The notes under the pieces were generated by a model. It was not told where the DNA came from and ran no database searches. It saw only the letters and a program-made list of their open reading frames with translations. This document shows, one piece after another, positions 12,759 through 26,527 of a stretch of DNA of 64,000 nucleotides. The DNA comes from Octopus sinensis (lineage: Eukaryota). Both the position numbers and the translations under genes were made by a program. Positions within the stretch are counted from its first letter, which is position 1, and the number at the start of each line of letters is the position of its first letter. The stretch is from contig NC_042999.1 in assembly GCF_006345805.1 (NCBI RefSeq), positions 80,910,001 through 80,974,000 of the forward strand, written 5' to 3'.

Positions 12759-13204
12759 AATGTTTTGTTATGATAAAAATGTGTTAGCACTTTCTAGCTT
12801 TTTTTGCTTCTACATATATATTATATGTTTATTTTCATGTTATTACTCTTTATGTTATTAGCATAAAAATACACAATAAAATATATACTTCTTAATTTTT
12901 CTTAGTCTGTTGATACAATCCAATCCATAAACATGTAAACTTTTTTTTCTAATATACTTAAGCGCTGATGAGATTCTACTCAATACAATTCAAAATGCTA
13001 TTTATTCTTATCATTGGATATATTCCAATTTCTGACTTATGCAGTTATTTATTAGACTTAAATGAAACGTTCGTAAACTTTATTTGCCGTTATATTGACT
13101 TTTGTTTGGCAGTATGTAAATAAATTAATTTTACATTTTTATCAACTCTCCATTCCTCTTGTTTAATTACATACATACATACATACACACATGTATATTT
13201 TGTT

Positions 13205-13800
13205 TTCTTTGTTGTTTCAGCTCAGAGCTGTGGCCATGCTCGGGTACCGCCGTTTTGTTGCACTGTTATTACTGAGAGCCTCCTCTAATATGCGGCACTT
13301 GGTGAAGAATGGAGATTGATGTAGCTCTCCTCATTTGCACCTCTTGCCGTGAGGTAGTTCATCTGGGACTCTCGACAGGAAGAGGTCCAGCCTTGATTTA
13401 AAAACGCCTATATCAACTTTGTGGAGATTCGTCAGGCTCTTTGGGAGAATATTAAAAAGCAGTAGGCCCCTGAAACCCAGGCTGTTTCAGCGTGATGACA
13501 TTGCTGGGATCTTTGGCCCTGTGCAGTGGCAATCCGTTCTGGCATTGGTGTAGCTTTCAATGCCGAAATTTAGCATAATTCCTTCGAAGATCTTCCAGAT
13601 TTATATTACTGCATATCTCTCCTGCCTTCGTTCCAGGGAGCAGATTCTTAGCTGTCTCAACCTTTTCCAGTAGCTGAGCTGTTGTAAAGAGGAGTTGTAG
13701 CAGTAGTAGAAAAATTAGAGGAGGAAGATGAATTGAGTTTAATCGAAAAGTGGAAGAACTGAGAGGGAGCGGATAGCAAATTGTTACGTTTTTGGAGGAC
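13205..13800 (-). mobile_element. CR1/L2-type LINE 3' end (decayed)
   Basis: Minus strand reads LRQLRICSLERRQERYAVI*IWKIFEGIMLNFGIESYTNART and ...FNILPKSL...FKSRLDLFLSRVPDE, typical of the CR1-like RT C-terminus, followed by a 3' UTR and tail. Confidence 0.8.
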
Positions 13801-13859
13801 ATTGTTTAGTTTTTTTTTAGGAAAATGTTCATTTCAAACAAGAAAAAAAATCACATACC

Positions 13860-14290
13860 CGTCACTAAATGCTGATTACTTCGTGAAAGGTTGTTTCTAG
13901 TCATGGCTATCAAGAGTTTTCTGAATGAAATTCAAGTGAGCTTCGTATTCCTGTAGAAGTGTTTTTCTAAAATTTATTGTGGGACTTTAGATGCAGGTCC
14001 AGAGATTTTGTTGAGTATGGAGATGTTATACAACAGGAATGAGTGTATTATAGTCTTTTATGATGCCATCTGAATTACTTCTGTGTATGAATCAAAGTTG
14101 CTGTCTTCCTCATTCGTTTTAACAAATTTCTGAATTTTTGCCAAGACAAAAATGATAGGCTTGGTTATTTGTCTGGTTCTCTCTGGATGACTTTGCATAA
14201 TTATTAGATATGATAATGCTGTTGACACTATGAGTTGTTTGGATGTCAAACACAATAACGCTTATATTCGTTCCGCTGCTTGTGTCCTAC
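13860..14290 (-). mobile_element. Decayed retroelement-like coding remnant (possibly Penelope-like)
   Basis: Stop-interrupted frame (...NNYAKSSRENQT...HLHTQQNLWTCI*SPTINFRKTLLQEYEAHLNFIQK) resembles a repeat I recall from octopus; the class assignment is from memory only. Confidence 0.3.
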
Positions 14291-16909
14291 GTGTTAAAAG
14301 TGGGTAGAGATCAAGTTTGCATTTTATGTTTCTCATCTTGATAAATTACTAATGTAACACACTGGTCAGTTAATTTTTACCTCTTAAACTCTGTTGGTTG
14401 GTTATCGGACACGTAGAAATGTTTGAAAGAATATGTTGGTCTACTTACAGTGCCTATTATTCGAAACATAAATACCTGTTGAACGTATGATTAGTAAAGG
14501 CTGAAAAACTCATATGCTACTGGGACCCTCGAAGAACAAATTGATGTGCATTAGAGCACGGAATGGATATACTAAAGAGAGACATTACATGCGTGCGGGC
14601 GAGCACATGCGCACACAACCCTCACACACACACGTGCTAACTCACTGACATATACACGCACTAACACATGTTAATGATATTGATATAATTGTGTCGTATA
14701 TTGCGATAGGTTAATCGATAAAATTGACCCCTGTACTTAACTGGTACTTTGATATAATACAAACCATTTATACATTAGCCAAATAACCTGACAGCTTTAT
14801 CGTTTTATTCAATGGCGTTTGCACACGTTCATACAAATACAGATGCATAATTTAAAGAGAGATGTTGAGAGACTTGCCAAAGTATAGAGAGTTATAATCG
14901 TATTGACAGCAAAAAACCAATAGTTGTATTAAACATTAGAATATCCTGTGTATGTGATTTTTCTACTGTTATTCTTATTAAGAAACGAATTTTTAGCTGA
15001 CAGCAGCAAGAAAAATTGATTTTACACCTTCAACCTGATGTATTAATTTTAAACATCCGAACATTGGCTGAAATATTAAATATTAATATTTCATAGTGAC
15101 AAATTACTTTCGATGTTAGCAAAATAACCTCATATTCGAGAATAGAAAAATGTTAGCCATATAAGAGTAGGTGATGAGAAAATAATTTCTTTGTGTTCAT
15201 GTTTAAATTCAAATTAAATCAATCGATGAAAAGTTTAGCTAATACAAAATGAAAAATGTTTGACGGTATTTTATTGTCAAAAGCTATAAAATATTTAACA
15301 ATGACGATGCTCATTCTATCTTAGTTTAATAATGAATCGTAGAAGATAAGAATGACTAAATCTTCTGGGAGCCGAATCAGAATTTAGAAGAAAAAAGACT
15401 TAAATAAATTACATCCATTGTATATTTGACAAAACCTGGGTGAAGTAGTATATTGTTCTGTATTATGCATTGAGATAGTTTGCATTTATACTTAGTGATT
15501 GCAACGGCTCTCAGCTATCCACCACGGTAGCTGTGTCAAAATAAATGCCCTTCATGAAATATATAAATTCCTTTACCATGTGAATAAAAACTATAATCTA
15601 AAGTATTGCATAAAAGACAATGGCCACATCATTTCCTTCCATAATGTGTCGTTTTACGTGTTTAAATAAACCCAAGCTAAAATTATTTGCAATTATTTTA
15701 CTATTTATATTCTTGACTCAGCAGTAGTAAATTTCGATTAAGCTTCCTTCAAAAATAGTTCTGTTATAAATGTAAGTATCGCAGAATTTGATTATTTGAG
15801 TTGCTGCCATATCATAGTTATGAGGCCTAAATAGAAATAGTATTAGTTAGCGTATATACTGAATGCTAAACAGAAATGCGATATGGAGTATATATATATA
15901 TCACCGACGTACATTTGGTATTAACTCTTGACATTAGCACTGGAAGCAATTTAATCTCCTCTAGACATGTATGAATTAGAATATATATAGAAGTGTTGCA
16001 AAGCAAGATTATTTGAAACAAAACCATACTAAATATTACAATACATTAGATTTATGCAAATGTGTGTTCGAAAGCCGTCACATTGATATTGCAAACGCAT
16101 CAACCGAGAAATTACCGAGGACGCTATTTTTATATGATGTATATACTGCATATTTTATACTGATTATTTTTAAAGTCTGCACCACATATTATCAAAATTT
16201 TATGTGCCAACTGATTTTGAGCGGTTATGATAAACTTTACTATTGCCTATAGCTCAGTATATTTGCAAATACGATATTAAACAACCCACTAAACTTATGG
16301 GTATTGACTCAATTCTCATATTTCAGTGAACGACTGAATGAATAACTAAACTATCTGTTCGAATTGTTCAAAGTTGTGTTGATAGTATATTTAATTGACA
16401 TATTTGATTGTAATAAATTTATTATATCGTTGTATGAAACGCGTTTTGTACTTGACTGCCGAAACAGCATGAATGAGAATTATAGGGAATCAAAATATAC
16501 TAATTGAATACGGAATCTTGGTGTGCATGACTGTACTATTATTACCAATAAAGACATCTAACGTAAACAGAAAACCACGATAACAATCAATTTAGAGTGC
16601 CAAAGGTCACGTAATTTGCCGAATGTTCGGTTGAGTTAAGAGCCCTATTGCTTTTATAGAACTAATTTCAAAACCCGGCAAAATTTGTTGTAAGACTCTA
16701 CTCTTCAGGGAGTTGTGCTGCTGATGATTCTGCTACGATGAAGGTGCCTGCCGTTAGACCTTTCGGCATAATCCATTGGCAGAGGATAACTAGCTCAAGA
16801 GACTCATTTAAAGAGGTTGGCGAAAAGCTCATCTGAATATGTAATTGTAGCACCATTTCGTTGCTCTCAGCATCTTTCAGCGTATTCCTGTCTTGTTTTA
16901 TTTCATTTA

Positions 16910-17176
16910 ATTTTTATTTTTTACTTGCTTCACTTATTAGACTGCGGCCACGCTTGGGCACCACTATGAAGAATATTAGTCGAAGAAAATCTGTTGCGGT
17001 ATCTTCTTAACCCTGCTACATATTTTATTAGTCTGTTGGCCTAACTGTTAAGTTACGAGGGCACAAACACACGGATATCCGTTGTTAAGTCGTGGTGGAG
17101 AGCAAATTGCAGCAAAAAGACACTCAATCAGGAAAGGACACACTCACATACACGCACATATATGTGTGCGTATCCA

Positions 17177-17238
<62 letters not shown>

Positions 17239-17345
17239 AAACATTTTCTTCTACCAAATTCTACTCACATGAGGCAATAGTAGAAGGTACCACACTGGAA
17301 CTGAATCTGGAACCATGTGGGAAGAAACTTTCTTACCACAGAAGC
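16910..17345 (-). mobile_element. tRNA-derived SINE family A, decayed
   Basis: Tail gactgcggccacgcttgggcacc, internal microsatellite and head remnant ggaaccatgtgg...cttaccaca match 9043-9460. Confidence 0.7.
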
Positions 17346-17349
17346 ACAA

Positions 17350-18600
17350 GGTTTCCCGTCATTGCCCCTGGTGGTACAACCAATTTATGGATTTCCGCAA
17401 TAGTCACCATCCCGAAATTTCCGGAACAAACATGACAAGCAACTTCGTTATCCCTGTATACTGATTCCTTAAAAACCTGGCCGCATTTCTTCTAGAAATG
17501 AACTTCTTTATATTTCTAACGCGTAGTTTTCTCCGGCTTCTTACTCTAATTGTCCGATATAAAATATCAGACACCAAGTTTCCACCTATACTATTTCATG
17601 TTTAGTCAGAAATATCGAATCATCAAAGAGACGTGACTTACCAACGAATACCCACACTCTTTCATCGTCCACGAATCTCTGCAATCTGCCTTCACTTAAT
17701 GCATGGGCTTTTTGATGCTGCCCGACAAAATGTATTTGCGTCACCAGGAAGCAAATTGCAATCTCACTAATTTTCTCAGATTTATTGGGTTGTCCGGAAA
17801 GTTCGTGCCGATTTATAGTAGCTTAACTTTCGACTAATTTTAGAACATGGTTGTCTCCATAAAATAGGATTTGACTACACCTCCATTTAGGGCTCAGTTT
17901 AAGCTATCTTTTTGTGGAAGAAGGTTTATGATCCTATAACCCGTGTTAATTCTGTAACCGTTTAAAATGTAAGATATGAAAGTTCATTTGCGGCACTTGA
18001 TGCTTTGGGAACCAGACAAGAATTGATGCAGCTCGGTCTTACCCCATCCTCCATATTCACCAGATATTGCTTCGGATTTCCACTTGTTCAGGTCTCTGCA
18101 GAATAGTCTTAATGGTAAAAATTTTAATTCCTTGGATGACGTAAAATGGATGAATTCTTTGCCATAAAACGACAATTCTGGGAAGAGGGTATTTTCAGAT
18201 TAAAGGAAAGATGGAGACGTATTGTGCAAGAAAATAGTTCATATTTGGTTGATTAAAAATGTAATGGCAAGTATTTATTGACCTTTTTCGTTCTTTTAAA
18301 AATCGGCATGAACTTTCTGGACAACCTAATATTTTGCTTCCTGTTACCGTCTAGTTTTCTTTTTAGAATGTTACAGACCAGCTCCACCTCTGATGTGCTC
18401 GAGACCATAAAACTGGTATCGTCCATATACGTAGATACACTTTCCCTACGTCTAAACCTCGAAGGTCCGCCCTCAGCTGTTTGAGCATATGTATGCAATG
18501 GTTCAATTAGCTGAGAAGAATGTTGACGTATAGAAAGATTATAGAAGATGTATACTTTGCATAATAAACCCATGATCTCGGGAAATAACGCAAATTTTCT
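17350..18600 (-). mobile_element. Tx1/L1-like ORF2 fragment interrupted by a mariner
   Basis: Minus strand gives SVSTYMDDTSFMVSS (RT YxDD). Removing 17785-18329 and one TA restores VTGSKINLRKLVRL, followed by HALSEGRLQRFVDDERVW, colinear with the Tx1 copy near 25300. Confidence 0.75.
17785..18329 (+). mobile_element. Internally deleted mariner with ~28-bp TIRs and TA duplication
   Basis: Left end ttgggttgtccggaaagttcgtgccgattt, right end aaatcggcatgaactttctggacaacctaa, TA on both flanks. Interior encodes PHPPYSPDIA.SDFHLFRSLQNSLNGKNF...ERWRRIVQ. Confidence 0.92.
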
Positions 18601-19033
18601 GCTTACAATAATTTACGAAGATAATTTTGTGTGTTTTGATAAATGAATAATGTGAGTAAAAGATCTCAAACAATTTAAATTCCTGTGAAGCTAGAGTAAG
18701 CAAATCCATAGCAGACACATTGTGGTGTCTCTGAGTGATTTTAAAAGCGAATGCTACTGTATTCTTTGTGCAACAGATTAGAGCATATGTATGCAGATCA
18801 TTCAGTACATCATCGCTAAATATTTATCAAAATTTATTCCACTGGGCCAAATGAGATATGTTTTATTAGTTCAGTGTATTGTTTCATTTAAACTTAGTAT
18901 GTTGTGTTTTCTCATTTTAAATAAAACAGTGCAAAGTCTAAACTGATCTACTGGTTTAGCAGCTTTCGTACAGATTTGGGCCGATTACCCTCTGATCTAG
19001 TAGAGAGGCTGCTGATAAAAGCGATTCGTTCTA

Positions 19034-20325
19034 CGAGGGACGTTCAATAAGTAATGTCCCTGACCCACTTGCAATTGCTTGATCTAGCTGAAATTTAGCA
19101 TGTGCAATCATTTATATCTCTATAGATTAAGTGGCGAATTACAGCTCTGAACTAATTGTGGTTTCTGATTTACAGGTGTTTGAACCGAGTCATGTGTGAA
19201 ATGGAGCCTGTTGAGTGTCGAGCAGTGATCCGGTTTTTGTATTTGAAAGGACGCACACCACGGGAGACTTTTGATGAAATGAAAGTAACTTATGGTGATG
19301 ATGCCCCATCATATGACCTTGTAAAACGCTGGTATCGGGAATTCAAACATGGTCGGAACTCTGTGGAAACAGCTCCCAGATCTGGTCGCCCCGCTTCTGC
19401 CATTGATGAGGCATCTGTCCATCAAGTTGAGGCTGCCATTTTGGAAGATCGACGCATAATTATTCGCCAAATAGCCCATGAGGTTCAAGACTAGTACCGG
19501 GTCTGTGGAAACTATCATTCATGACCATTTGCATATGCAAAAGGTGTCTGCCAGATGGATTCCCAGGTTGCTCACGCCTTTCTAGAAGCAAGAACGCGTC
19601 GAGTGCTCGAGGATGAATTTGGAGATGTGCCAACAAGATGAGTCAAATTTTTTCAAAAGACTGATTACACAGGATGAAACCTGGTCCATCACGATGATCC
19701 AGAGACCAAAGCCCAATCAATGCAGTGGAAGCACCGTGACTCACCCCCTCCAAAGGAGACAAGGATGCAGCCCTCCGCTGGCAATGTCATGCTCACAGTC
19801 TTCTGGGACCAGGACGGAGTAGTGATGACAGATTTCCTGGCAAAGGGTACCATAATTACAGGAGCCTATTATGCTTCACTTTTGAGGAAATTAAGAGACG
19901 TTATCAAAATCAAGAGGCGGAGCAAGATCAGCAAAGGCATCCTCCTCCTGCAGGACAACGCTCCGGTCCACAACTCGCTTGTCGCCAGATCAGAAGCACA
20001 GGCGTATGGCTATGAACTCCTCCCCCATCCCCCTACTTTCCTGACCTTGCACCCTCTGACTTTCCCCTCTTCCCAGTCATGAAATTGTTTTTGAAAGGAA
20101 AGCGTTTTTCAGATGATGCAACCTTGATTTCTGAAGTCACGTTCAGGTTGGAGGACCAAGCTGGCGTCTTCTACAAAAACGGTCTCCAGAGCTGTATCAA
20201 ACGATGGGAGAAATGCGTGACTCTGGGTGATTCCTATATAGAAAAAGACTAATAACTGTGCCAAGTTACGTTGCTCTACTGCTATGGGAAGTGGGTCAGG
20301 GACATTACTTATTGAACGCCCCTCG
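19034..20325 (+). mobile_element. Near full-length mariner (1292 bp), 37-bp TIRs, TA TSD, frameshifted transposase
   Basis: TIRs 19034-19070 and 20289-20325 differ by 1 nt; TA flanks. Transposase about 19192-20250 with HTH, WIPR, ITQDETW, MLTVFWD, LLQDNAPVH and YFPDLAPSDF; about 3 frameshifts. Confidence 0.95.
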
Positions 20326-20606
20326 TAATATCTTGCTAACAGCCAATTTATAGTTGGAACTGATGTATGAATGCTTACCTCTAAAATCTAACCTTTAGAT
20401 TAAGTGGATGTATAAAAAAGTGTTTTTCTCCTGTAAAAAGTTAGGGAAAATGTTGCGAAGGAGATAATAGTGAATAAAATTACATTATATGGGTGACTAT
20501 GGATCTGTGAACATAATTTTGGACAAGGTTCTGATTCTCGATGCTGTACCATGTATATTTATTTTATCATTTTCATATGATTTTATTTAAACGCCTACAA
20601 TTTAAC

Positions 20607-20681
<75 letters not shown>

Positions 20682-20789
20682 ACCCTTCATCTATATGTAT
20701 TGTTACCCTTCATGTATATGTATTGCTACTCCTCATTGGCCAGCTGGGAGAGTGGTTAGTGAATCGAAGAAAATGCACAGAACCATTTT

Positions 20790-21014
20790 TCAGTTTTTTT
20801 ACGTTCTACATACTAATCCCATCGCAGTCTGCTTTTCGTGTCATCCTTTTGTGGTCGATAAAATAAAGTACCTGAGAAGCATGGAATTCCTCCCCGTAAA
20901 ATTGCGCACCTAGTGTCAAAGCTTTTAAATTTTCCATTGAGCGTAACCAAACAAACACCTTTTGTGAAGCGGTGGTGGAGACAATTCAAACTCAGCGTAC
21001 ATATCTATCAATCA

Positions 21015-21101
<87 letters not shown>

Positions 21102-21430
21102 AATCTATCTATCTATCTATCTATGTATCTATCTATTTATCTATCTCTTTATATATATATATATATCGAGAGAGAGTGTGAGAGAGAGAGAAAGAGAGGT
21201 GGGGAGAGATGTATATCCAGTATCCAATCACGAGGAATCGATGTTAGATGGATAGAAATAATTGTAGTGACCAATAAAGATTCTCGTATTTTCCATCTTC
21301 CATCTCTACTCGACGATTTACTTTCCGTCTACCAAATTATTTCGCATGGCTATAATTGAAACCCCTTACACAAGGTGCCAAGCACGGTGACTGGACTCAA
21401 AACCATGTAGTTGGAAAGCAAGCTACGCAT
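20790..21430. mobile_element. SINE remnants flanking a (TCTA)n/(GA)n microsatellite
   Basis: catccttttgtggtcgataaaataaagtacc matches family B on +; tttccgtctaccaaat...ggactcaaaaccatg matches family A on -. Confidence 0.55.
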
Positions 21431-22744
21431 ACACTTATTATTTTTGTTTATATACAATTGTATAGCCGTAGGTAGATATAGCAAAATGATTAAACATGCT
21501 GAAGTGGATATGTAGCGGCCTATTTGTTGAACTACATATTTTCCTTTTGATTATCATACTGTAATACCCATGTAACACCCTTGATTAAATATATTTGGGC
21601 TAGAGGCTGCAGAAAATGATTGGTATTGTATTTTAACGACCCCGAAAAATAAAACGCAAATATGATCTCAATGGGAGATCAAACACAAATTTGACCTCAG
21701 TGAGACGTCAAATGCAAATCTGACCTCAACATAAAGACCTGGAGTAGTTAGTTCAATGCACTTTGTCTGATTCTGCCAATTAATCGGCCTTTTACGAAAT
21801 ATAATTAATAAAAAGAGCTAACAGACTACAGGATTTTCTTAATTGAAAATAAAAAGAAATCAATATATAAAATGAAGTATAGATTGTGCAGAAAATATAC
21901 GTAAACCCTCGAGGCATAGCATGGAGCGACATAAATGCTAGCTAAATATTGCCAGAAAATGCAGCATAGAAAAAAAATGGGAGAAAAAGTAATGCGTATG
22001 GTTTTTATTAGCCATTAAATTAACGGCATCTATATCTATAAAACTGAATATTCCCATAATCTAGGATGCATGCTCATTCTGCAAAACTTTACAATGGCTT
22101 CAGGATATGGACTAATTTGTGTTTCCTCTCGTAAAATGGCAGCAAAGTGTCTGTATTCAATGAAACGAAAATTCAGCTCATCAGCTCTTCCAACCAGAAA
22201 CCTTTCTTTGTTAATGGCGTATTAAACCAATTATTATTAGTGAAGATTACGAAATTTGTCACGGCACTCAATTGTTCTTCCTAAATGAATTTCGATAAGT
22301 AGCCACACAGCTTACCAACGTGCCTTGCTATAATTTAGATAAAGTCTCTATAGATTTGGCTTCAATTTAAAGACATTGTTATTAATAATGCATCATCATG
22401 ATCGTAGTCATGATCATCATGATTATCATCATGATCACCATGATCATAATCATGATCATCATCATTATTATCATCATCAATATTATGAGGCCTTGTGCCT
22501 ATTGAAGGCATATTGATAATAATAATAATAATATAATAATAATAATAATAATAATATAATAATAATAATAATAATAATTATTATTATTATTATATTATTA
22601 TTATTAATATGGTCGTTATTCCCACAAAATATCTTGTGCTCCTAAATTAAAAGCAATCATGATGATGATGATGATGATGATCGTTATCATCATCATAATC
22701 ATCATCATCGTCGCCGTCGTCGTTGTCATCATCATCATTATTAT

Positions 22745-22915
22745 TGGAGGTAGTATTTGGTCTGCCGCTACGTTCTGAGTTCAAATTCTGCCGAGGTCGA
22801 CTTTGAGTTTCATCCCTTTTGGGGTTGATAAATAAATACCAGTTACGCACTGGGGTTGATGTAATCTACTTAACCCCTCCTCACAAATTGCAGGCCTTGT
22901 GCCTATAATGGAATG
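22745..22915 (+). mobile_element. tRNA-derived SINE family B, 5'-truncated
   Basis: acgttctgagttcaaattctgccgaggtcgactttg...ggggttgataaa matches copies at 26528 and 43837. Confidence 0.8.
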
Positions 22916-23539
22916 TATTATTATTATTATCATCATCATCATCATCATTATTATTATCATGGACGCCATACAGTATAGTCACGGAAATTAGGATCTCCGT
23001 AAGTTGAAAAAGTGCTTGTAATATTTTCGGCCTTCTAAGGCTACGTGTTGTCATTTTTATTGTTACCATTGCAATTATGAGATTGTCTGAACTGCGCAGA
23101 TACTAATTTTGTGTGGAAACACCACTTATTTTGCAGGGGGTGCACATCAATATATTTTTTTAATTTTGACTATTCACGGCAAAAGCAAATATTTGGCAAT
23201 TTTCTGTATTTATTTAAAGATGGCTGATAAACAAACCATTATAATGTCCGTGAAAGGAACATGCTCGTTGCGGAAAAATTGAGGAGGAGGAAAAAAATGT
23301 GAGAATAAGAACGTCGAATAGCCTAAGCTTCATGACGTCACTGAGGTGAATGATGTTTCGCCTCTGAACAACAAAAGTTTCGGCGTCGGCAACGAGAACA
23401 ATAACAGCAGCAGCAGTGACAACACCACCAACAACAACGACGACGACGATGACGACAACAAAAACAATGGTAACAACAGCAACATTGACACACAGCAACA
23501 ACAATAAGAAACAAATGAAACATAAAAACGCAAATATCG

Positions 23540-26400
23540 CCCCCGCTTCTTTTGTGTTTGCGGTGGGAAATATGGAAAGTTTACACATAGATGAAGAAGA
23601 ATTAAAATTAGCTAGAAAGATTGTAAAAAGAGATGGAAGAAGGGTAGATCTAAACCACCCAACCGACATGATAAAAAATATCGCAAGATGCACGGTAACA
23701 TACCGTTGTATCGGAGTGAAGTCTCGGAGGGTGGAAAATGCTCCTGAGAGCGAAATACAAAAATGCCTTGGGCGCATGTGGGATGCCTTGGGCGCATCAT
23801 CAGAGGAAAGAAGTTTGGAACTCCAGAGGTGAGATTTGGGAAGAAAGAAGAAGCTAGATGTGATTCCGCGACAACTTTCAGGAATGACAACTTTTTCTTA
23901 ATCCCCAGCTATCCGAGCCAACGCCTTGCCAAGATTAGGGTGCTGAATGTGCCGCCAAAAATAGTGGCGGCCTTCGTAGCAGATTTAGAATTGTACGAAG
24001 TCACGATATTGGAGGCCTAGAAAGTACCTAAACAAATCTGGTTAGGTATATATATGGAACTGACTTTGGAATGCAAGCAGGACCGTATCGACCCCTTGCC
24101 CGATCTAATCGATCTTCCAGATGGTACTCACCTGTTAGTGTTAGTGGTGGGTAGAATGCCAAGATGTCGCATATGTGGATCTGTAACCCACCTAATGGTT
24201 TTCTGCCCTGAAACAAGAAAAAATAAAGTCTCACTGCTACCAAACATTACAACCACCACAAATGCAAAATCATTAAAAAAGGTGTTCAAGACTCCTACAC
24301 ATATTCCCACACTCATGCACACTCCCAAACCAAGAACAAGAAGGCGTATCCTCCCGGTTGCCACTGAAAAGCAAGTTTCACCTGAATACTCTTCCTCCCA
24401 AACCAACATCAACTACAATGACATGGAGAAAGAAGAATCGTACGGTCAATGGATCAAAGTGACAAAAGGTGTATGCAAAAAGGGAGGAAAGTACACATCC
24501 ATTCTCCAAGAAATCAACAAAACTTATTCTGGAATTACAACTGTAACACAATTCACAGACACGCCACCAAAAACAACACGAACAAGAAAAACTCAAAAAG
24601 AGCATCATCACAAACAACAGCATGAAATCACCGAAACATAGAAACAAACAATTACAAAAATATTCATCAAACTGTAGACGAAATGTATCCATCAAAAACT
24701 GTTGTGGGGAAGTGTAACAGTGAATTGATGGATTTTGTAAGTCAAAACAAAAACAAAATAGAGACAGAGAGAAAGGAATATGGGGATTTCATCCTCAAAA
24801 TTCCCATGGAAAGACTTCGTCAGATGTTTATGAAGCTATAAGAGAAAAATTACCTGGTAGTGTCGGGATTTAAAAGCTGTTGGAAGGGCTTTGAAAAAAG
24901 AAATTCGCCAGTACAGAGCCCCGGAACTACCGGGGTACTCGAAAATCAAGATGAGTAATTGGAGGATCAGTTAAACTGCTCGGGTTCTGGTTTAGTCCTG
25001 ACCTCCAGGTAGATAACAATTGGGAAAAGGTGACGAACAGGGTGACCTTTCTTAGCAAAAAATGGGCAGAGAGGAAATTGTCCTTGAAAGGTCGGGAAGA
25101 GGCAGCGAATTCCTACATCGTCTCGGCCATTAATTATCGTATGGCCGTCGTGCCTTGAGCCAGTTGCTGCTTGATTAGATCGGAGCGTATTCTTTTCATT
25201 TTCTTGTGGAAGGAACGGGTTGCTATGGTCTGGTGGTCGGTCTGCTGCCAACTTCCTCTGCGTAGCGGCATAGGCATGCCATGACTTTTAATGCGCAGAC
25301 ACGCAGCCCGGTTGCGCAAACTGTAACGATTTCTAGAAGCAGAACGTTTGTGCATCTTTCTGCATCTTGTCTCCTTGATGGAGCTGTAATCTTGGGTAAA
25401 GGATAGGCCGAGACTTGGATCCTGGAACTTAGAATGTTGTCAGGTGCTCACTGTCTTCTACAAATCGGGTAATGAGATCGGTGGGTATTCCACGTTAGCT
25501 ATATACAGATGATTAGTAGCGGGTAAGTGCGACGACGTCCTTGGAGAGAAACTAGGCGTCGATGAAGACGAACTGGTAAGTTTATTACGGAGGATTTTCC
25601 GATCGAGATCTACTATGGATAATTTCCAGATGTCGTTGGCGTGGCAGTGCTACCGGGGAGTGCCGCCGGTTCGAAATAAACTCTACAAGCACGGATGTGC
25701 TCTCAGACGGGCTTGTGCGATTTGCTCGCAGGGCGACAAAACCGTTCTGTATGGACTCATCTAATGTCCGGGAATTACTGACTTGTGGAATTATGTCGAA
25801 CAGCTGCGGTCGCGTGTGGGACGGATACGTCTGTCAGTTGAATCCATAATGATGATTGACGCGCCGCCCCCTTTAATCGGGCAGGCAAAGCAATTTTCCT
25901 TTGTCTGGTGGCTGTGGCGAAAGAGGTTGTCTGTTTGACGAGGCTGAAAGGAATGAGGATAGATACATTCCTCTTTGGAAAAGCCCTCATAGACTTCTGA
26001 AAGTTTCACTTGAAAAGGAAAGTGAGGGTGGAGAGGGAAGTGCTGTCCTCGAGTAAATTTATGAAAAGGTGGGTGAAAATTGCGAAAATGATAAGAGTGG
26101 ATGGTACTGCACTCAGGGTAGACATTTGAGTCGAAAAAAAGAGTTGGAGACCCTTCTCGTCATTGGTATTCAGGGTGGACTTGGATGGCGAGGTTCCTCG
26201 ATTATACCTAGAGGTCCTGCTGTATCGGAGGGCCCCATCACAATCACTTTCCCCTCTTTTTCTAGTGTCGTATATTATGTATACTTCTCTTTTGTATACT
26301 GTGTATGCTTTTTATTTTAGCATTACATTATACGTAACCCCCCACACTTTATGTCTATCTTTGTATTTTCCCCTTCATCCTTCGTCCAGGTGTGAACGAA
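23540..26400 (+). mobile_element. Tx1/L1-like LINE: ORF1 with gag-type zinc knuckle fused to ORF2 C-terminus (APE and RT core deleted)
   Basis: ORF1 runs from MESLHIDEEELKLARK through CRICGSVTHLMVFC (CX2CX4HX4C). After about 24950: KKWAERKLSLKGREEAA...RRHAARLR...DNFQMSLAWQCYRG, then a 3' UTR and (ATC/ATT)n tail. Several stops and frameshifts. Confidence 0.85.
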
Positions 26401-26478
26401 ATGAAATCATCATCATCATCATCATCATCGTCATCATTATTATTATTATTATCATTATTATTGCAGTTGTTGAAGTAG

Positions 26479-26524
<46 letters not shown>

Positions 26525-26527
26525 ATA

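Noticed and set aside
12961-13000. ctgatgag...ctc hammerhead-like start
   Set aside because: GAAA and the cleavage triplet are absent (aata...), needing 3 or more substitutions.
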